A DNA stretch of 64,000 nt from Tetramitus jugosus (GCA_937625935.1 OW569371.1:1-64000), one strand, 5' to 3'; positions 48,201 to 63,300 are shown, numbered from the stretch's first letter. Notes: generated from the sequence alone by a model not told the origin. A program made the numbers and translations.

Positions 48201-50560
48201 TCAAAGGACTTTCCGTTGTCGGAAACGATACCAAAATGTCTGAGATAGGTCCGTTGTATAGGAAGAATTTTGATATGGTCGAAAATTTGAGTGACAACGT
48301 CCTTGAAAACACTGTTAGGGGGACAGTGTTACAAATCTTGGAAACAGATTCCTTTTCCGCTGCAATTTATAGAGATGATGTTAGTTCTATTGTGAACCAA
48401 GTGATACAAGTGGAAGGAAAAGCCAATGGCTTGCATACCTCAGTGTCTCTCCCTTTCTCTTTTACTACTGCCAGTCAAGCAGTGACATTCCACGAAAACA
48501 GCACAGAAGATGTTGGCGTAAAAGTCCTTCTTGGGCCATCTCCATATCAAGACTTTATGTCAAGCCAAAATATCACCTCTCCCGTATTGTCACTTATATT
48601 CGAACAGGGAAGTACAAGGCCTGAAGTAAAGGACTTGATCTATCCCATCATTTTTAGCATTCCAATTCCGTCTCCTGGTTTAGATATGAAGACATTGAAC
48701 CGAAATGAATCCCAAAGAGGGTTTAGACCCTTTTGTAAGTACTGGGACGAGAAGATGCTAGAATGGAAAACCAACGGTTGTCGAATGATATATTATAATG
48801 AAGCATTTGTGACCTGCGCTTGCAATCATACAACTAATTTTGCAGCGTTTGTTGAATTCGCTATCCCAAATCTCCAATTTCTCGACGCTCAAGATTTCCG
48901 TAACATTATTAAGCTAAACAAGGATAATATGGCAACTGTTATATTGATGGCTTCTCTTGCATTGGGCTACATTGTGTTGGTCATATTAATGAATATTTAT
49001 AACTTTTTTAAGTGGAAATTTGCTCTTGCTCTTGCTATGAAGAAAACTTTGTACGATGCAAAGAACTCTCGACATACCCATGATGGGAGAACTGAGGAGA
49101 AATCAAAAGGAAGATTCAGAGTTATCATCTTCTCCTTTTTGTCAGAACATCCTTACTTGGCATTCTTCATGGGACCAGAAAACAGCTTTGGGAAAATTCG
49201 GAGACTCACTATTATCTATGCCGGTATTTTGGGTATATTTACGGGTAATGCAATCACTTTTGGAACAGAAATAGAGAATGGAGTTCAATTCTTGGTCAGT
49301 TCAGTTGTGAGCGAAATAATTTCAACTCCTTTCGTGATGTTCTTTACGATGCTATTTGTAAGCACAAAAGCACTGCCTGCTTTTAAGAAAGAAGTCATAG
49401 TGGATACCGTAGATCCAGCTCCTCCTACATTTGGATATTGTCAACCAACCAACTATCCAAAAAATTCGAGATTCCACGGGGTCTTTACACCTGGTTCTCT
49501 GGATCCAGTTGCAACTGAGTTGCCCCCTCAAGGTCGTCGTTTTTCAAAGCTTCGAAAACAACTTGTGAGGGCTCTTTCGAAAGTTCTTGACTTCGGAGAT
49601 TCAATAACCCATGTATTATTGACTCGGTGTCGAGCATTCTTGGATCGTATCACTTGGCAAGGGGCAATCATTATTTTCTTCATTTCGTTGATATATGGAG
49701 GCTGTGTTGTTGGTGTAATGTTCCTGTTTCAATGGAACTTTGGAAGCTGGTTCAACGCAGATTATCAATTTGGATTGGGAACTCTCTTTGTTGTTGCCTA
49801 TTTTGTATTTTTGGAAGTGACATATATTCGAATACGATATAGGAAGTTTGTAAATAGAGATGTCTTGCAATGGCGTCCCAAATTGCGTGCATTTGGAATA
49901 ATGAGTTTAATTGGTTTAAGCTTCTTAGTGTTAGCCTGTGGACTGACTCCTGTGTTGATTCTAGCAACACCAAGCATTCGCCATCCATGGTTTCTCAGAG
50001 TACTCTTTATCGAACTTGGAATTGTAGTTATTGCTCTCTCTACATTTGTATTCATGTTTATATTGTCATGGAATGTAACTCACTCGAGTGTCGTGGATGA
50101 TGAATCACATGGAATTCGTCCTAACCGAACATCGTATGAACTTGGCTCTGTAAGTTTAGAGCTTATGGGGGCCAAAACTCAACGAAGTATTGATGAACAA
50201 GATGGAGGAACAAATCAGAGCTTATCTGACGACGCGATCACAAGAAAATCATTGCTCAAGTATTTGAGCAATTGGTGGAATGCTGATTATTGGTTCCCAT
50301 GGCCATGTCTCATCCTCTGGTACATTTTGTTTGCGATTTATATATTTGGTTGTTCCTTTGTGTTGGTTCTCTATGGAATTAAGTTTGATCAGCAAACATC
50401 AGGATGGTTGTTGGGTTGCGGCAGTGGAGTTGCACAAGATATCTTCGTGAAGCCTGTCATTGAATTCGTTGTGCACAATGTTGTGTACGTTGCCATCCTT
50501 GAATGTTTAGCAGGAATGTTCTTGAACAACAGAGTCAGATTTGATCACGGACCGGCGTAG
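36227..50560 (+). CDS. Giant RCC1-repeat/EGF-repeat/REJ/GPS polycystin-1-like membrane receptor (~4,740 aa)
   Basis: Signal-peptide exon 36227-36311, intron 36312-36428, then a 14-kb exon. Six RCC1 propeller blocks separated by EGF pairs, a long EGF array, PKD/REJ-like region (LDGRYSIDPD), GPS CKYWDE..WKTNGC..CACNHTTNFA (~48734-48845) and PKD1-like TM segments. Confidence 0.9.
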
Positions 50561-50636
50561 AAAGAGCACATCTTTAATGCCACGTTTACTTCACAAGGGA
50601 ATGATTTATCGAAAGACAAGTGTGCGTGCGAGTGAT

Positions 50637-51561
50637 CTACACAGCAGAAGGATACACATTTGAAGAGTAGTCTTGGTTTGATGTTTGATAGACCACTGGA
50701 GCGTGACTTGATGCAACATAGGCTTGTTGCACATGCGATTGATAGGCACCAGTGCTGTTGTTGTGAGCAGCAGCAGCATACAGTGGAACAGTTTCCAATC
50801 TGCTTCTTCTGTCCTTCTTTCTGCATGCAGCAACACAGCAACAAATGCATGACACTGGCAAAACAATGTACAATAGGACAGCAATGAACAGAATGGCAAG
50901 ACCAGAGATGATGACAACAGGCATGAACCACTTTGGAGCAATAAACACACGTGTCATTGTCAAAGAATTGATTGTTCCTTGAGTGCTAGCAGCATTGGAG
51001 ATGACCAAATAAATGACTTTGTTGTCTGGATATTGGTCAGACAATGGTTGTTCCATTTTTCCAACAGATAGAAACACGTAAGAGTTAGCCATGCCCACCT
51101 TCTTGACAATGGGTGAATAACTTTCTCCACTGGTAAACTTGTCATATTCAGTATCGGTCAAAAACATGACCGAAGAGTAGAATGAGCACTGGGCAGCAAT
51201 ATTCCAATAACTAAAGTACTTGGCTAAAAGAAGAAGTTGTTGTTTTGTTGTTGTCCATCATTATCATTATCATCATGGAGGCAGGTCATCAATTGGATAT
51301 AGAAATCACATGTGAGTGAGCACACAGAGTGTTAAACACACCAAACAACAGACAAAAAAGAGAAAAGAATCTAAGTCACCCTCAGAGATACATACTTGGA
51401 AGAGCACTGCTATAGTATCTCATACCATCAACAGTAATGTTATACTCTGTGGTAGTCACATTCTGAGAAAATCCTTTGACTTGTTGTGGACCAACTGCCA
51501 AAAAGAGGAGGACACACAAGACGAGTGTGAACAAGGAGAGATTTTGTTTGGTAGTGTTCAT
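50637..51561 (-). CDS. Type I membrane protein with a Cys-rich juxtamembrane segment
   Basis: Signal-peptide exon 51561-51396 (MNTTKQNLSLFTLVLCVLLFLAV), intron 51395-51224, exon 2 in frame with the 176-aa ORF. The TM is followed by CICCCVAAC and a P/Y/Q-rich tail. Confidence 0.75.
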
Positions 51562-51740
51562 AATTTAATGTTTGTTTGTTTGCTTATTTGTGCTTTTGTG
51601 TGTTCTGGTTTTGCTCTTTGTCCTTTCCAAAAAAAAGTGAACATGGAGTATTTGGTGTTCCATTTTGCTTTTGGAAGCGGAGAAGAGGAAAGTGGAGAGT
51701 TTCTGATACTGTATGGAAAGTGATTACTTTGGAACTGGAT

Positions 51741-54232
51741 TCAAAAGTCGTCGTCTGCCATTGTCTTTTCATCTGCCTCCTCTCTCATTTCGTCATACAA
51801 TTGCAACAGCATTTGTTCCATGGATGACGCAGAGTATGATACATATTTGGACTTGTTCTTGGTGAATGGAATGGAGCAAAACTCCTCGTCGAACTTCACA
51901 TACACGGGAATCACTGTCTCAATCATTGCCTTCCTCAAACGCTCCTTCAATTCAATTCCAAACACTGTGTACTTTCTCTGGTCGTTGTAAATGGTCAAGA
52001 ATTCCTTATTAAAGCTGGTGAGTCGTTTCTTGATGTCGTTTCTCGTTGATCGCCCATACTGTCCCTTTCGGTCCATCTTGATCACATCCTTACAGTTATC
52101 GTATCGCAGCGAGTTGAGTGTCAAGTTCCACGTTTCGGACACAACGTCTGATATCGTTTTGGTCACCTTTTGCGAATATGGATCCGATTTCTTGGCAAGA
52201 GCTGCCTTCACGGCCTTAATCATAATCTCTGGATCTCTCGACGTTGAATCCGCAGCATTGGAAGAAGTAGTCGGAGAGTTGATGCTGTTACTGTTGCCAG
52301 TGGGAGTAGCAGCTGTAGCGGATGCAAGGAAGGGCGACGATAGGAGCTCCTGTAGTTTGCACGATATATAATGATAATTGTTACAGATAAATATGAATCG
52401 CAGAGGTCGATGAGAGTAGCTGTGTGATTTGGCCTCAATGTTCGCATCCACAGATTTGAACAACTCATCGAGGAATGATTCCTCGGCTGAAAAGGAACCT
52501 CTTCCTCTGTAGATGGAGCTGAGAATCTCCTGAACGCTGCTGTACGTAAATAGACGCTTAATAAAGTTGATCGCGTTGGCTGTAGCTTGATGTACGCTTC
52601 CATCAGGACTCACCGGTATATTGTTGGAACCGATTTCATTGGAGAATTCACGAATCATGTGCGAAAGTTCCTTTGTGAACGATTTGGCAAGATCCTGCTC
52701 CTGACCTCGGAATCCGGTCTCATATAGTACTTGTTTAAATCCTTGTTGCAACTTTCCTTCATATGCATCCAATACGTTCAACAGTGCAAACACCTTTTCA
52801 TTTGTTTGACTCTGTGATGCAATGAGTTCCGTCTGAGCCATAAATGTTCTCCAACTGGCATCGATAACCGATTCAAAAACACTAGATGCGGTCGCCTGCT
52901 TATTATTAATGTCCTTTGGTACAATTGCCTCCACAATTTCCTTCTCTGCCTGCAATAGTCTCAGGAAAAAGTTCATAAAGAAGATGAATTTGCTGCCAGA
53001 GTCCGATTCAAAGCTCTTCAAGTCTCCACCGAGACTGACCTTTCCCATCACGTCCGACACGAATTGATCCACATTCGATTGAAGCTTCTCTGCATCCTTG
53101 CCCAAATAACTCACCATTTTCCTCTCGAGACCAACGACTTTCTTTGTCGTGTGCGATGTGGCATCATATGCCTTCTTCGTCGTCGATATCACACTATCAA
53201 TCACTACTCCCGCCATTTTACCTGCACCGGAAGCAGCATCACCAACCGTCGACATGGCATAAATTTTGGACAGTGTGCGCATAATGTAGCGCGAACGACT
53301 GGCCACAAGAGCCTTACGATACGTAATGGATCCATTCAACGAGTCCAATCGCTTAGCAATACGATGTAAAATAGCTACGCACTCCTCAGTGATCATCTCT
53401 CGAACCAAGTCCTTTGAACCAATCATGTACGGATCAATCATTCTCTTCTCTGCCAAGTTCAACTGATTCAAAAATTCAATTTCCAACTGCTTGATTGCCT
53501 GTTCTCTCTCCAACATCTAAAACATTATCCACATGCACATTCACATTCACGCATAGACAACACACATGGAATGAGTTTTCATGCGCTGACAACAACGACA
53601 ACAACAAGAAATAAATATTGAAACATACCAAGTGTTCATTCAATTTCTTTGCTCCCTTGAAATTGGAATTTCGATTAAAAAACTTGATGGCATCATCAAT
53701 CTGATCCAACGATTGCAAAAAGGTGGGAAGATTGCCATTCACTCCCAATTCAATTCGTTTCTTTACTCTTGCACCAGTCATGTACTTGTTCTCCACTTGT
53801 TCAATGCACTTGACAGTCTTATCAATGTCTATTCTCATCATACATCACACAACAACAACAACAACAACAACAACAATAACAACAACAACAAAAAAGACGA
53901 GTCAATCATCACACAATCAATCCATGGATGCATCATCATCATATTATTCACATCTATCATCTAAACTTACTATCACAGGAACGTTTGAGAACATCGATGC
54001 GATTGTTCAACTGAGTCAACTCGAATTCCAATTTTGAAAAGTTGGTCTCAAATTTGTTCAATAGCTTAATCATGGAGTCTTTGGACTGTTCAGATCGAAC
54101 AAGTGAATTCTCCAATCTTTCGAGTTGTTGTTCATAGACACGGAATGATTGTTTATTGGCGTTGAATCCCCTTCGTCCACTATGATTACCATTGCTAGTT
54201 GTGATGGTGGTGAGTGTTTGGGTGTTGTTCAT
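51741..54232 (-). CDS. EXO70: Exocyst subunit Exo70
   Basis: Exons 54232-53971, 53828-53629 and 53516-51741. Motifs NIDKTV, PDGSVHQAT, IFICNNYHYI and IKKRLTSFN...FTKNKSKYVSY. Confidence 0.9.
53850..53890. repeat. (CAA)n microsatellite in Exo70 intron 1
   Basis: Read directly. Confidence 0.85.
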
Positions 54233-54340
54233 TTTTTTCTTTGCTTGAGTTTATTTGGCCGACGGGCGGAATGAAATAAGCGGAACTTCGCAGTTTATTC
54301 CTACTGGATGAAATACAATTTTGATGTCTGGTGCGTTTTT

Positions 54341-57300
54341 TCAATCTGTTTCTAGCAACAATGCGACACCTCTTTGGATCCAGTGGTCCTCACTCTTATA
54401 AATGCCAATGTTTAGCTGCACAGACATGACAAAGTTGGTGCTGATACCAGTAGTAGATAGAGCGCCTGCTCTGCTGGTAGTTTTGTACACTGGGCAATCA
54501 TATTGCAAGTTCTTTTTGGTTGATTCTTCTTTCGCGATTGGTTCGAGCCACAGTGTTGGCATCTCTGTGAACAACTCACCGGCATTACTCTCAACCAAGC
54601 TGCCTGCATCGGAATCCCATCGTGCTCCCTGTAGATGCAAACCGCGAACATAGACACCAGTTTTTGGCGGTGCATAGACCAAATCTTGATTCTTTGTAAG
54701 TACTGTTGTTTTGAATGCTAATTTGTCAATTGCGATGAGATAGTTACGGGCGTGAGTCTGTAGCACAGCAGTCAAGAATCCTTGGGGGAAAAAGAAGCAC
54801 GATATTAGGAAACAACTTGGGGGACCGTTGACAATCCATTTCCTCAGAAATGATATTCTGAAACATAAATCGGTGAACCATGATTGGAGCGACTTTCTTG
54901 AATGGTAGGCATTACGAGACCACAAGTCAGGAACCTTTTGATACAGGAAGCACGAATACATGAGTTCTAGTTCTGAGCTCATCAATACGAAGCCATTTAC
55001 AGCCTTCTGTAATTCCTCCAGAGATCGTTTCACTACGGATAACAATTTGTTATACTGGACAACTTCTTGAGACAGGAATGTACCTAGACAATTCATAGTA
55101 CCATTACTTGCCATGACAAATGTTGAAGGATCCGCTAGCTTCATGTCGAGAGGTCCGGGTAGACGATCGAGAAAGTCTTGTGCTGTCTCTATCACAATAT
55201 CATTGCTCGACTTTTCTTTAGTGGTGGCTGTTGGCTTTGAGTCTCTGTTTCCGCTTCGACTGCTGCTGCGACTTCCTACTTTGGAAACACTAGTGGACTC
55301 GGATCTTGGTTGAATAGATATGATGGTGTTTAGAAGTTCAGTTGTCTCTTTCTGTTGATAGGTAATATTTGCATTATGATGCAATCCAAACACTTCTGGA
55401 GATTCCGTTGATGGTAATCCAGCAATAAAGGTTCTCACCTTTTCAAGCTCAGATTCTGGTGGGGCGCAATAAGTATCTGAAGTTTCTTGGAATGCATATG
55501 AATCATCATTCACAATCTCAGAAGTAAAGAATTTAGATAGCAAGCTCTCGACACATCTTAAGTCCAAGAAGTCTGTCACTCGTCCTCCATAGTGAATCAC
55601 ACCAATTGTGTATCGCAATGCCTCCCATGGAACAGTGGGTTGTTCATTCAAGTATAACTTTAGCGATCTCAATGAGGCATCTAAATCAGATGCATTCCAT
55701 TCATAAGGCACATTCCAGCCCAAAGAACCGAATTTCCTTCTCTCCTGGATGAGCGCGTGGAAGAATATGAGACCAAAGGCCAACTTCTTCCATTCTCGAG
55801 GTTTTGTACAGTTCTCGTATGTTCGATCGTCCATTCCCTTAAATGATCTCTGAATATTGCTCTTGAGACCCTTTGGAGGTTCGTTTGTAATCTTGATCGA
55901 TGCTTGTAATACAGAGACAGGGAATTTTGTCGTTGGCATACTGGTTAACCATAAGCGAAAATTTGGATTCGTTTCCTTCTTTTCTATTAGTTCTTCTACG
56001 AGGCGTTCCATCTCTTCCATCCAAGACACCGCCAAATGACAATTTTGTAAAAACACCCAATCACCGCTCTGCATTGCTTGAGAAACATATTGAGCTGCTT
56101 TCTTGCCTTGGCCCTTACCCAAACTTAGTCTTAATACACGCTCAGAGTACTCTCTGTCTTCGACAAACTTGTCGAACAATGCTTGGGGATCAGCACCGGA
56201 TGATAATACAAAGATGATAGGAGTATTCGATGAGGTATCCTTAAAGATAGATTCCAATTCTGGCTGAGGATTCACAATAAACTTTGGCCCAAGATAAGTA
56301 GAAACGAGCTTACTGATTGCGAATATTAATTTCTCTTCTCTCAGAACCTTTACCAACAACAATTTTCTCCACTGGGAAAGAGATGCTTCATATCGATCGG
56401 GTATGATCTCTTTCATCACATCATCACTCAAGTAAAGCTTTTTCCAGTTATCTTCATGAGCTCGACTTTTCACTGACTCAATCAATCCCTCGTAACCATC
56501 TAATTTATCTAGACCGGCAAGTTGGTTCCACACAGAATCGGGAAGCCAAGAAATGGGACTCATACTTCTCTCAGAGTTTCCTCGTAAAAAGTATCTCCAC
56601 TCACTATCGGATATTGCGCCTTGATATCTCATGATCTGGACGGTCATCAAGAAGGAAAACAACAGTTTATCTTTCTCGAATAATCCACGACAGACAATAT
56701 CATAAGTGACATCAGTAATGTAATTAATGAGCATATCCAGTCTCTTATCAAGATCTGTTGACTGTTGCGCTTCTCTTAAGCATTTGTTAAACATTGTCTT
56801 GAAAAATTGAAGTGAATTCTGATACATGGGATCAACTTCAGACATAGAAGAAACCACAAAGTATAAAATAGAGCCACGACTTGCGACAGATCTATACATT
56901 TCTCTCGTGGAGTCAATTTCTTTGGCTGTTTCTTCTGCTTGATGCAGACTATCCGACACCTTCTCAGAAACAGCCTTACTACTGTTGAGAGTTTCAATCA
57001 AAATATCATCATCTAGTATATTAGTGTCTGATGGTTGATGCAGTAGTGATAAGATCTTGTCCTGGGTTTCCTTCAATTGATTTTTTCCTTCAGAGATTTG
57101 TGTTGTGAGAGTATCTTTCTGTTGTTCCAAATCAGGTCGTTCACTACGAACCACATCAGCAAGCAGTTGGTCTTCCAAACCACCTTCTGTGACCGTGAAG
57201 TTAATGACAGTTACCTTGATGCAAACTTCGGGCATATAATGTGGATTTGGCAGCTTGGTTGTCATGTATAGCTTAAAGTTACTGTTATATTCTATATTCT

Positions 57301-60300
57301 GATCGCCAATTCTAATCATAATTCTTGGCCCGTCCCTGAATGTTTGTCTCAATAGTACCGGCTCCAGTACTGGATCTAATTCTTCTCCAACATTTTCAAT
57401 AAGAGTGGGAGCACCTACTCGAATAGCGCTTTCAATCTTCCGACTCAGATCTCTGTCATTGGCTTTGATGACTCTCAACCCACGGCTTCGCTCCATATTC
57501 TTGATCCATTTGTTTGCTTGTCCTTGAGGATCGATCATTAATGGCCAACGGTTTCCTGCAGACACTAGCACAGCATTATCATTGGAAAAGCTGTCAGAAG
57601 GAAGTCCCTGGATACTCCATTCTCTAAGCTGTATTGGATCCACGATAGATGTCAGCAGGAAAGTTGCAGATATCGATATATCATTACATTGAGCACGCCA
57701 GTCTTCTATTAAACGTTGACGGAAATCAGAGGTAAAGGGACCTAGATACGCAACACTTCCAGCAGCAAGTAAAATATCACCAATCAAATTTTTGATTTGT
57801 CCCTCCAAAGTCAGAGCTTGTTGTTTCCACCGACTTTCTTCACCGGAGAGACCGGATAGCAACTTTTCTGCTCGAATTAATCTGTTCTCTGTTTGCTTTG
57901 TCTCAAATTTTAATTGTTTCTTTTTCTGTTCTGCTTCTAGCAATTGTCGTTCCAAATCAAACACACTCCGCTCAATTTCAGTGAGAGATTGTTCTTTCTG
58001 TGCGAGCACTTGCTTTGCTGAGTTGAGTTCTGTCTCAGCAGTCTCCAAGGCTTGTTGTTTTGGTGCAATGTTCCGAGAAATTACACAGTATGTATAAATG
58101 TTGTGAACCCATGTACACATGAATCCTCCAGCTTCGGATGTCTGTTTTCTTACCGACTCAGGCTGGAAGTTTGGCAGGTCAAGATATCGTTTCAACTTTT
58201 TCAGTGTGGAATCTTGAACTTTGTCCTTGTCAAATTCTTTCAAATTCTTCAAGAACGTTGTTTCAGTCAACATTTTCACACTTTCATCCCAATTGGGTTT
58301 CTTACCAAACAAAATACAGATAGTTTCCATCAAAATTTTAAACATTTGAGGAGGATTCCTCATCGCCTTAATCTCATAGATATGCTGTGGTGAGAGAGCT
58401 CCAACAGCTTCATTAGCTTTTTCGAAGGCTGGCATGGCTTTATCAAGTTCTTCTTGGCACTCGTCCCTAATTGTTTGGGTTCTCTCCATAAATTCTTGAC
58501 ATTCCACACGCTCTTGTGCAACCACTTTTCTGACTTCGTCTGCTTGCTTCTTTTCGGATTCAATCTGTATTGTTAAATGTGCTATGTCTTTCACAGCTTG
58601 ATTAAGAATTGGTTTCTGCTCAGTCAGGTAAGTTTGCAATTTTTCTACACTCTCATTAGTTTCTGCCAGTTTATGTAATCCACCCCTGAATTTGTCGAGC
58701 TGAGTGCTGATGTATGTATGTTGTTGAGACAACATTTTGGCATATAACTTGACAAGTTCGATGTACGATGTTGGTGTCGTGTAATTATGTCTTCTCAACT
58801 CGTTAAGGAATAAGGTTGAGTATTTCTCCACGCTTGTATGAATAGAGACACAGATAGTGCAGATTTGATCGATTGAACCAGAATCCCTGATCAGAATGTT
58901 GTCTTGAAGAATGTTCTTTGCCACGCTAAACAATGCATCCTTTGGCCATTCTGAGTACCAATCAATCGTGCAGTTATTGACCAAGGATGGAAACATTCGC
59001 AATCTAGTTCTGAATGCATCACCTATCGGATTCATGCAAAGACATATATGCAGATTCTCTCGCACTAGAGTCACAAAATGTCTGTAGATTACATCTTTTG
59101 TTTCGACTAATCCTAGCTCTTTCACCTTTGGTCTAACTTCTCTCAAGATACGCTCCATATCTTCGGGCTCATACAACCCGACTATCTCGCCACTATTTAA
59201 AATGTTATGAATATCTTCCAAAAATGACTCCTCTAGAACTTGAGAATCACTGAATAAGAAAACATATGGCCTTGCTTCACACCCGGTGTTCAACAATATT
59301 TGCTTCAGCGCTTCTCTGAAGTGTGCATGCTTGAAATTACGTGTAATTTCCAACTCAACACAAGAGTATTGGGCAATATATGCTCCAAGTCGAACTAGGG
59401 AGTGTCGACCACTCCCTCCAACTCCCACCAGAAGGGCATTACCTCGCGGTTGTTTAATAACTCTGTACAATCTTAGGAGATGCTGTATTGCATCTTTGAA
59501 AAACACCAGGTCAACATCCGAATTCTTTTCCACATTGTAATCTAAAAGATTATCCTGGAGTAAGTGAACTAAGGAATTCACATCCGATATTTGTTCATAT
59601 AATCTATCATCTCCTGCCATTATATCTGTAAAAACAATCTCTTGAATGGTCATAGTATCATATGACAAATTGAAGTGCTTCTCGAGCATTTCTTGCTGGA
59701 GCATTTGGAACCACAGTGTGTCGCTTGAAGAGACCAAACGATCGCAAAACACTCGAGAGCCTTCATGCACCCATAATCTTGCCACTTGCTCCTCTTCCTT
59801 CAAGGTCGAGGAGCGGGCTTGTAACATGCCCTGAAATAGCTTCGACAAGTCTCGTAAATTGAAAGTATAATGACTTGTTGATGGTCTTGGCAGTAAATGC
59901 TTCTTTAGTTGGTCATACATTTCAAGTGAAGCAGCAACAACATTACCCACAGAATCAAACACTGAAGCTGAAAACTCGGAAAAGAATGCCGAGAGAATCG
60001 ATGAGAAGATGGTTTGCATCGAATCATCGGTCAACAGTGGAATATTAATCATATGGAAATGTCGAAGTAATCTTGAAGTGACCTCGTTTCTTCCACCACC
60101 TGGAGGTGCACACGCAGCTATAAAGTTTGTGTCCCGGACATGAATAAAGAATAGTTTTTGTCTATCATAAAATCCACCTTGATCAATCGTTTGTCTCAAT
60201 AATTCAATCGGTGGCTGAGCACCGTATTGCTCCAACTTGGGCATATTCAAATCATCAATGAATATGATGGCGGTTTTTCCTGCGGGAGCTCCTAACAGCG

Positions 60301-63300
60301 TCTTTCGTTTGGATTCCAATTTTTCCTGTATGATGTCCTGTAAGTTTTTGCTCGTCGTTTGAGCACTTAGGTTGATATTAATCGACAAATGCTTGCTTTT
60401 TGTGTCCTCTGTTCGCAGCTGATCAATCAACAATTGATTAATCGTCAGAGTTTTACCAACGCCCGTCGCTCCAGTGATCAGAATGTTTCTGTTGACTGAA
60501 AGGATAGCTTCCATGAGGTATTGATGTTTGACGGTATCTGGAGTGGGCACTAACATTTTTGAAAATGACAAATTCGGTTCATAGTAAAACAATGGTACAA
60601 TGTTGTCCCATAACTTATATGTCTGGCTGGCAATATCAACACAATAATCAAACACGGTTCTCTCCTCGGGGAAATCTGGTGTAACTGTTCTGATGAGATC
60701 AAGCGCAAATGAATGAAATTTGCTTCTTGATGAATCATCCAAATTGGCACCCAGAGACCATATGTAGGCAAAAACAAAGTACATATCGACCAGCTTGCTT
60801 GCATCGACTTGGATACCTTCAGAAACAAGGTCGTCCTCCTTCCTATGCTCCGAATCTTCTTTTTCATCAACAATCTTTTCCTCTGTAGTCTGATCTGGGA
60901 TGATACTTGGCAGAGTGGTATCCTTTTCTGGGAAGAACAAATTCGTTTTAAGATTAACACCACGAGCTGGAACAGTCAATGCATCAAATAGGTGCATCAG
61001 ACTGCAAACAAGATTGGAATTGACAGATCTAATGTACTCCTTGCATTCGGTCCGAATAAACTCGAGTGTAGGTCCCACTAGGATATCAACCATCTGTGAT
61101 ATACGCTCCACCTTCTCAGGTAAGCGTTTTCCCACTTGCTTCAGCCAACTCTTTATCATGGGTCCCCAAACACCATCGAGATGGGATTCCTCTAAATAAA
61201 CCATACCGCAACGACTAACTGTGGCAGGAGACGCAACCGCCAGATCTCTCACTTCGAAAACAGATATAACAGTAGATGGTAGTTTGATACGTTGTCCGTT
61301 CGTTAGGCACAGCATCTTATTATCATCCAGGACAGTATTCATATTTTCAATCCACAACGCATCAACGGGTCCATCAAAGACAATCCAGTGGAAATGTTGT
61401 GATTTGTCCTCAACAGCTGACCGAGCAATCTTGGCAACAATACCATCATGCCACTCGTGAGTTTGTTCACTCATATCGCCATAAAGTTCCTCCATTCGAA
61501 TGCTCTTTGGATTCAAGATGTGTGTATTCACTTTTTCAAACAACTGTTTGGTTTCATGCAAAGAAGTCATTGCATTTTGCAATGTTCTATATGCTGTTGA
61601 CTTTCCCGTACTTGCTTCTCCCACAAGCATAACACCGTGTCTCACAGCCATTGTTTCATGAAGTTGCAAAATCTTACCAGTGTACTCTGGCACTAATTGA
61701 AGATTATTCTTCAGGAGATCACTCTCGATTGCTGCGAGCAGATCTCCATGATTGGAAGTGGGGAGTACCAGCCCAGGGAACAAATCCTGAATAATGGCCA
61801 TAAAGAGAACAACATCCTCTCTCAGAAACTTGGGAACATTACTATCTCTCATGGCTCTGATCAGAACAACATCTTCGGACAATTCTTGATCCTTGCGTTT
61901 CAAAGCACCTGCAGTTACAAGAATACTTTTGACTGCTCTCATACCAAAATCGTAGTGATCTTGTTTTGACAACTGCTCGGAAGAGAGTTTGAAAAGACGA
62001 GTCATTTTCTGAGCTAATGTCCGAGCTGTCCCAAAACCCTCCGAAAACAACATAATCTCGGCGATAAGTGCGTAATCTGGAATCATCATAGCCACAGGTC
62101 TGAACAATGCTTTCAAATTATCGGGTAATTCCGTACGACCAGCATATCCTGGATTCATTGTAATAAACACACCATAGTTGGGATTCAAGTTAATATCGCG
62201 ATCATCGAACAAAAAGTGGTCTTCTTTGGCCATGATAGCTCTTTGAATGATTCTCATATATTGTGCAACCACTGACAACACTTCAACGTCAATTCTATTG
62301 AATTCATCAAAACATGCCCACGCTCCTGCTTGTGCAAGACCTGAAAACATTCTACTCATCATTTTAACCTTTAAGCCCTCGGAACAGTTGAATACAACAC
62401 ATTGCCTCGCTAGAGCTTTCGCTAAATCTTTCACTGACTCAGTTTTGCCTGTACCTGCAGGCCCTTGAGGTGCAGCTCCCAAAAATAAATTCAACGCACC
62501 CGTACAGGTCATAAAGCATCTATCTGTCAGAGGAGTAATCACTAATCTTGGTTGATTGCCTAGATATTCATAACCATAAAGGAAAGAAGCATTTCCTTGT
62601 CGTATTGTACAATTATTAATGTCATCCTCCCAATAATATCTCAATTGCATTGTCCACTCAAAGTCATTTGTGCTTGAACAACCCTTGTGAATTAAACGAT
62701 CAATTACATCACGGGCGTGCACATCAACAACAAGAAGTGCATTCATGATAGTTCGGTGTAAGGAATCCATGTCTGGATGCCTCACCATCCGAACCATTCC
62801 CTCAATGACCCGAACAAAACGAGCTCTATATTCCTTCAAAGCATTCTTGTTTGTATCATTCTCTACTTCTGTTAATGCTTGTGACACGTCCTTTGTCCAG
62901 TTGATTTGTTCGCATGTTAATATGCATTGTGCTGGGAAAGAAGTGATCCAAGAATCTCGTGAATTCTCTTCGTAAGCAAAAAGACATTCCTTCAATGTAT
63001 CGTGTAACGATTGTCTCATCATATTCTCCACATTTTGAAGCCAATACTCAACATTTCCCTGTGGAATCACTGGTTGACTAAACTCGACACGCTCTCCTTC
63101 TGCGCTCAACATGGCCAATATTTCACTCCTGCTGTCTTCCTTGAAATGTAAACTCTTAATATTATCAAAGCATTTGCTCAAATGTGGCTGTACTGCCCGA
63201 GGCTCTCTTGTTTGCGATAGAATTTCCAATAATTCATCGTTGGACAAGAAGAAGAAACGAGGAAAGGCTTCTCTCTTTGTTTCTAGGAAATCTTCTAAAT

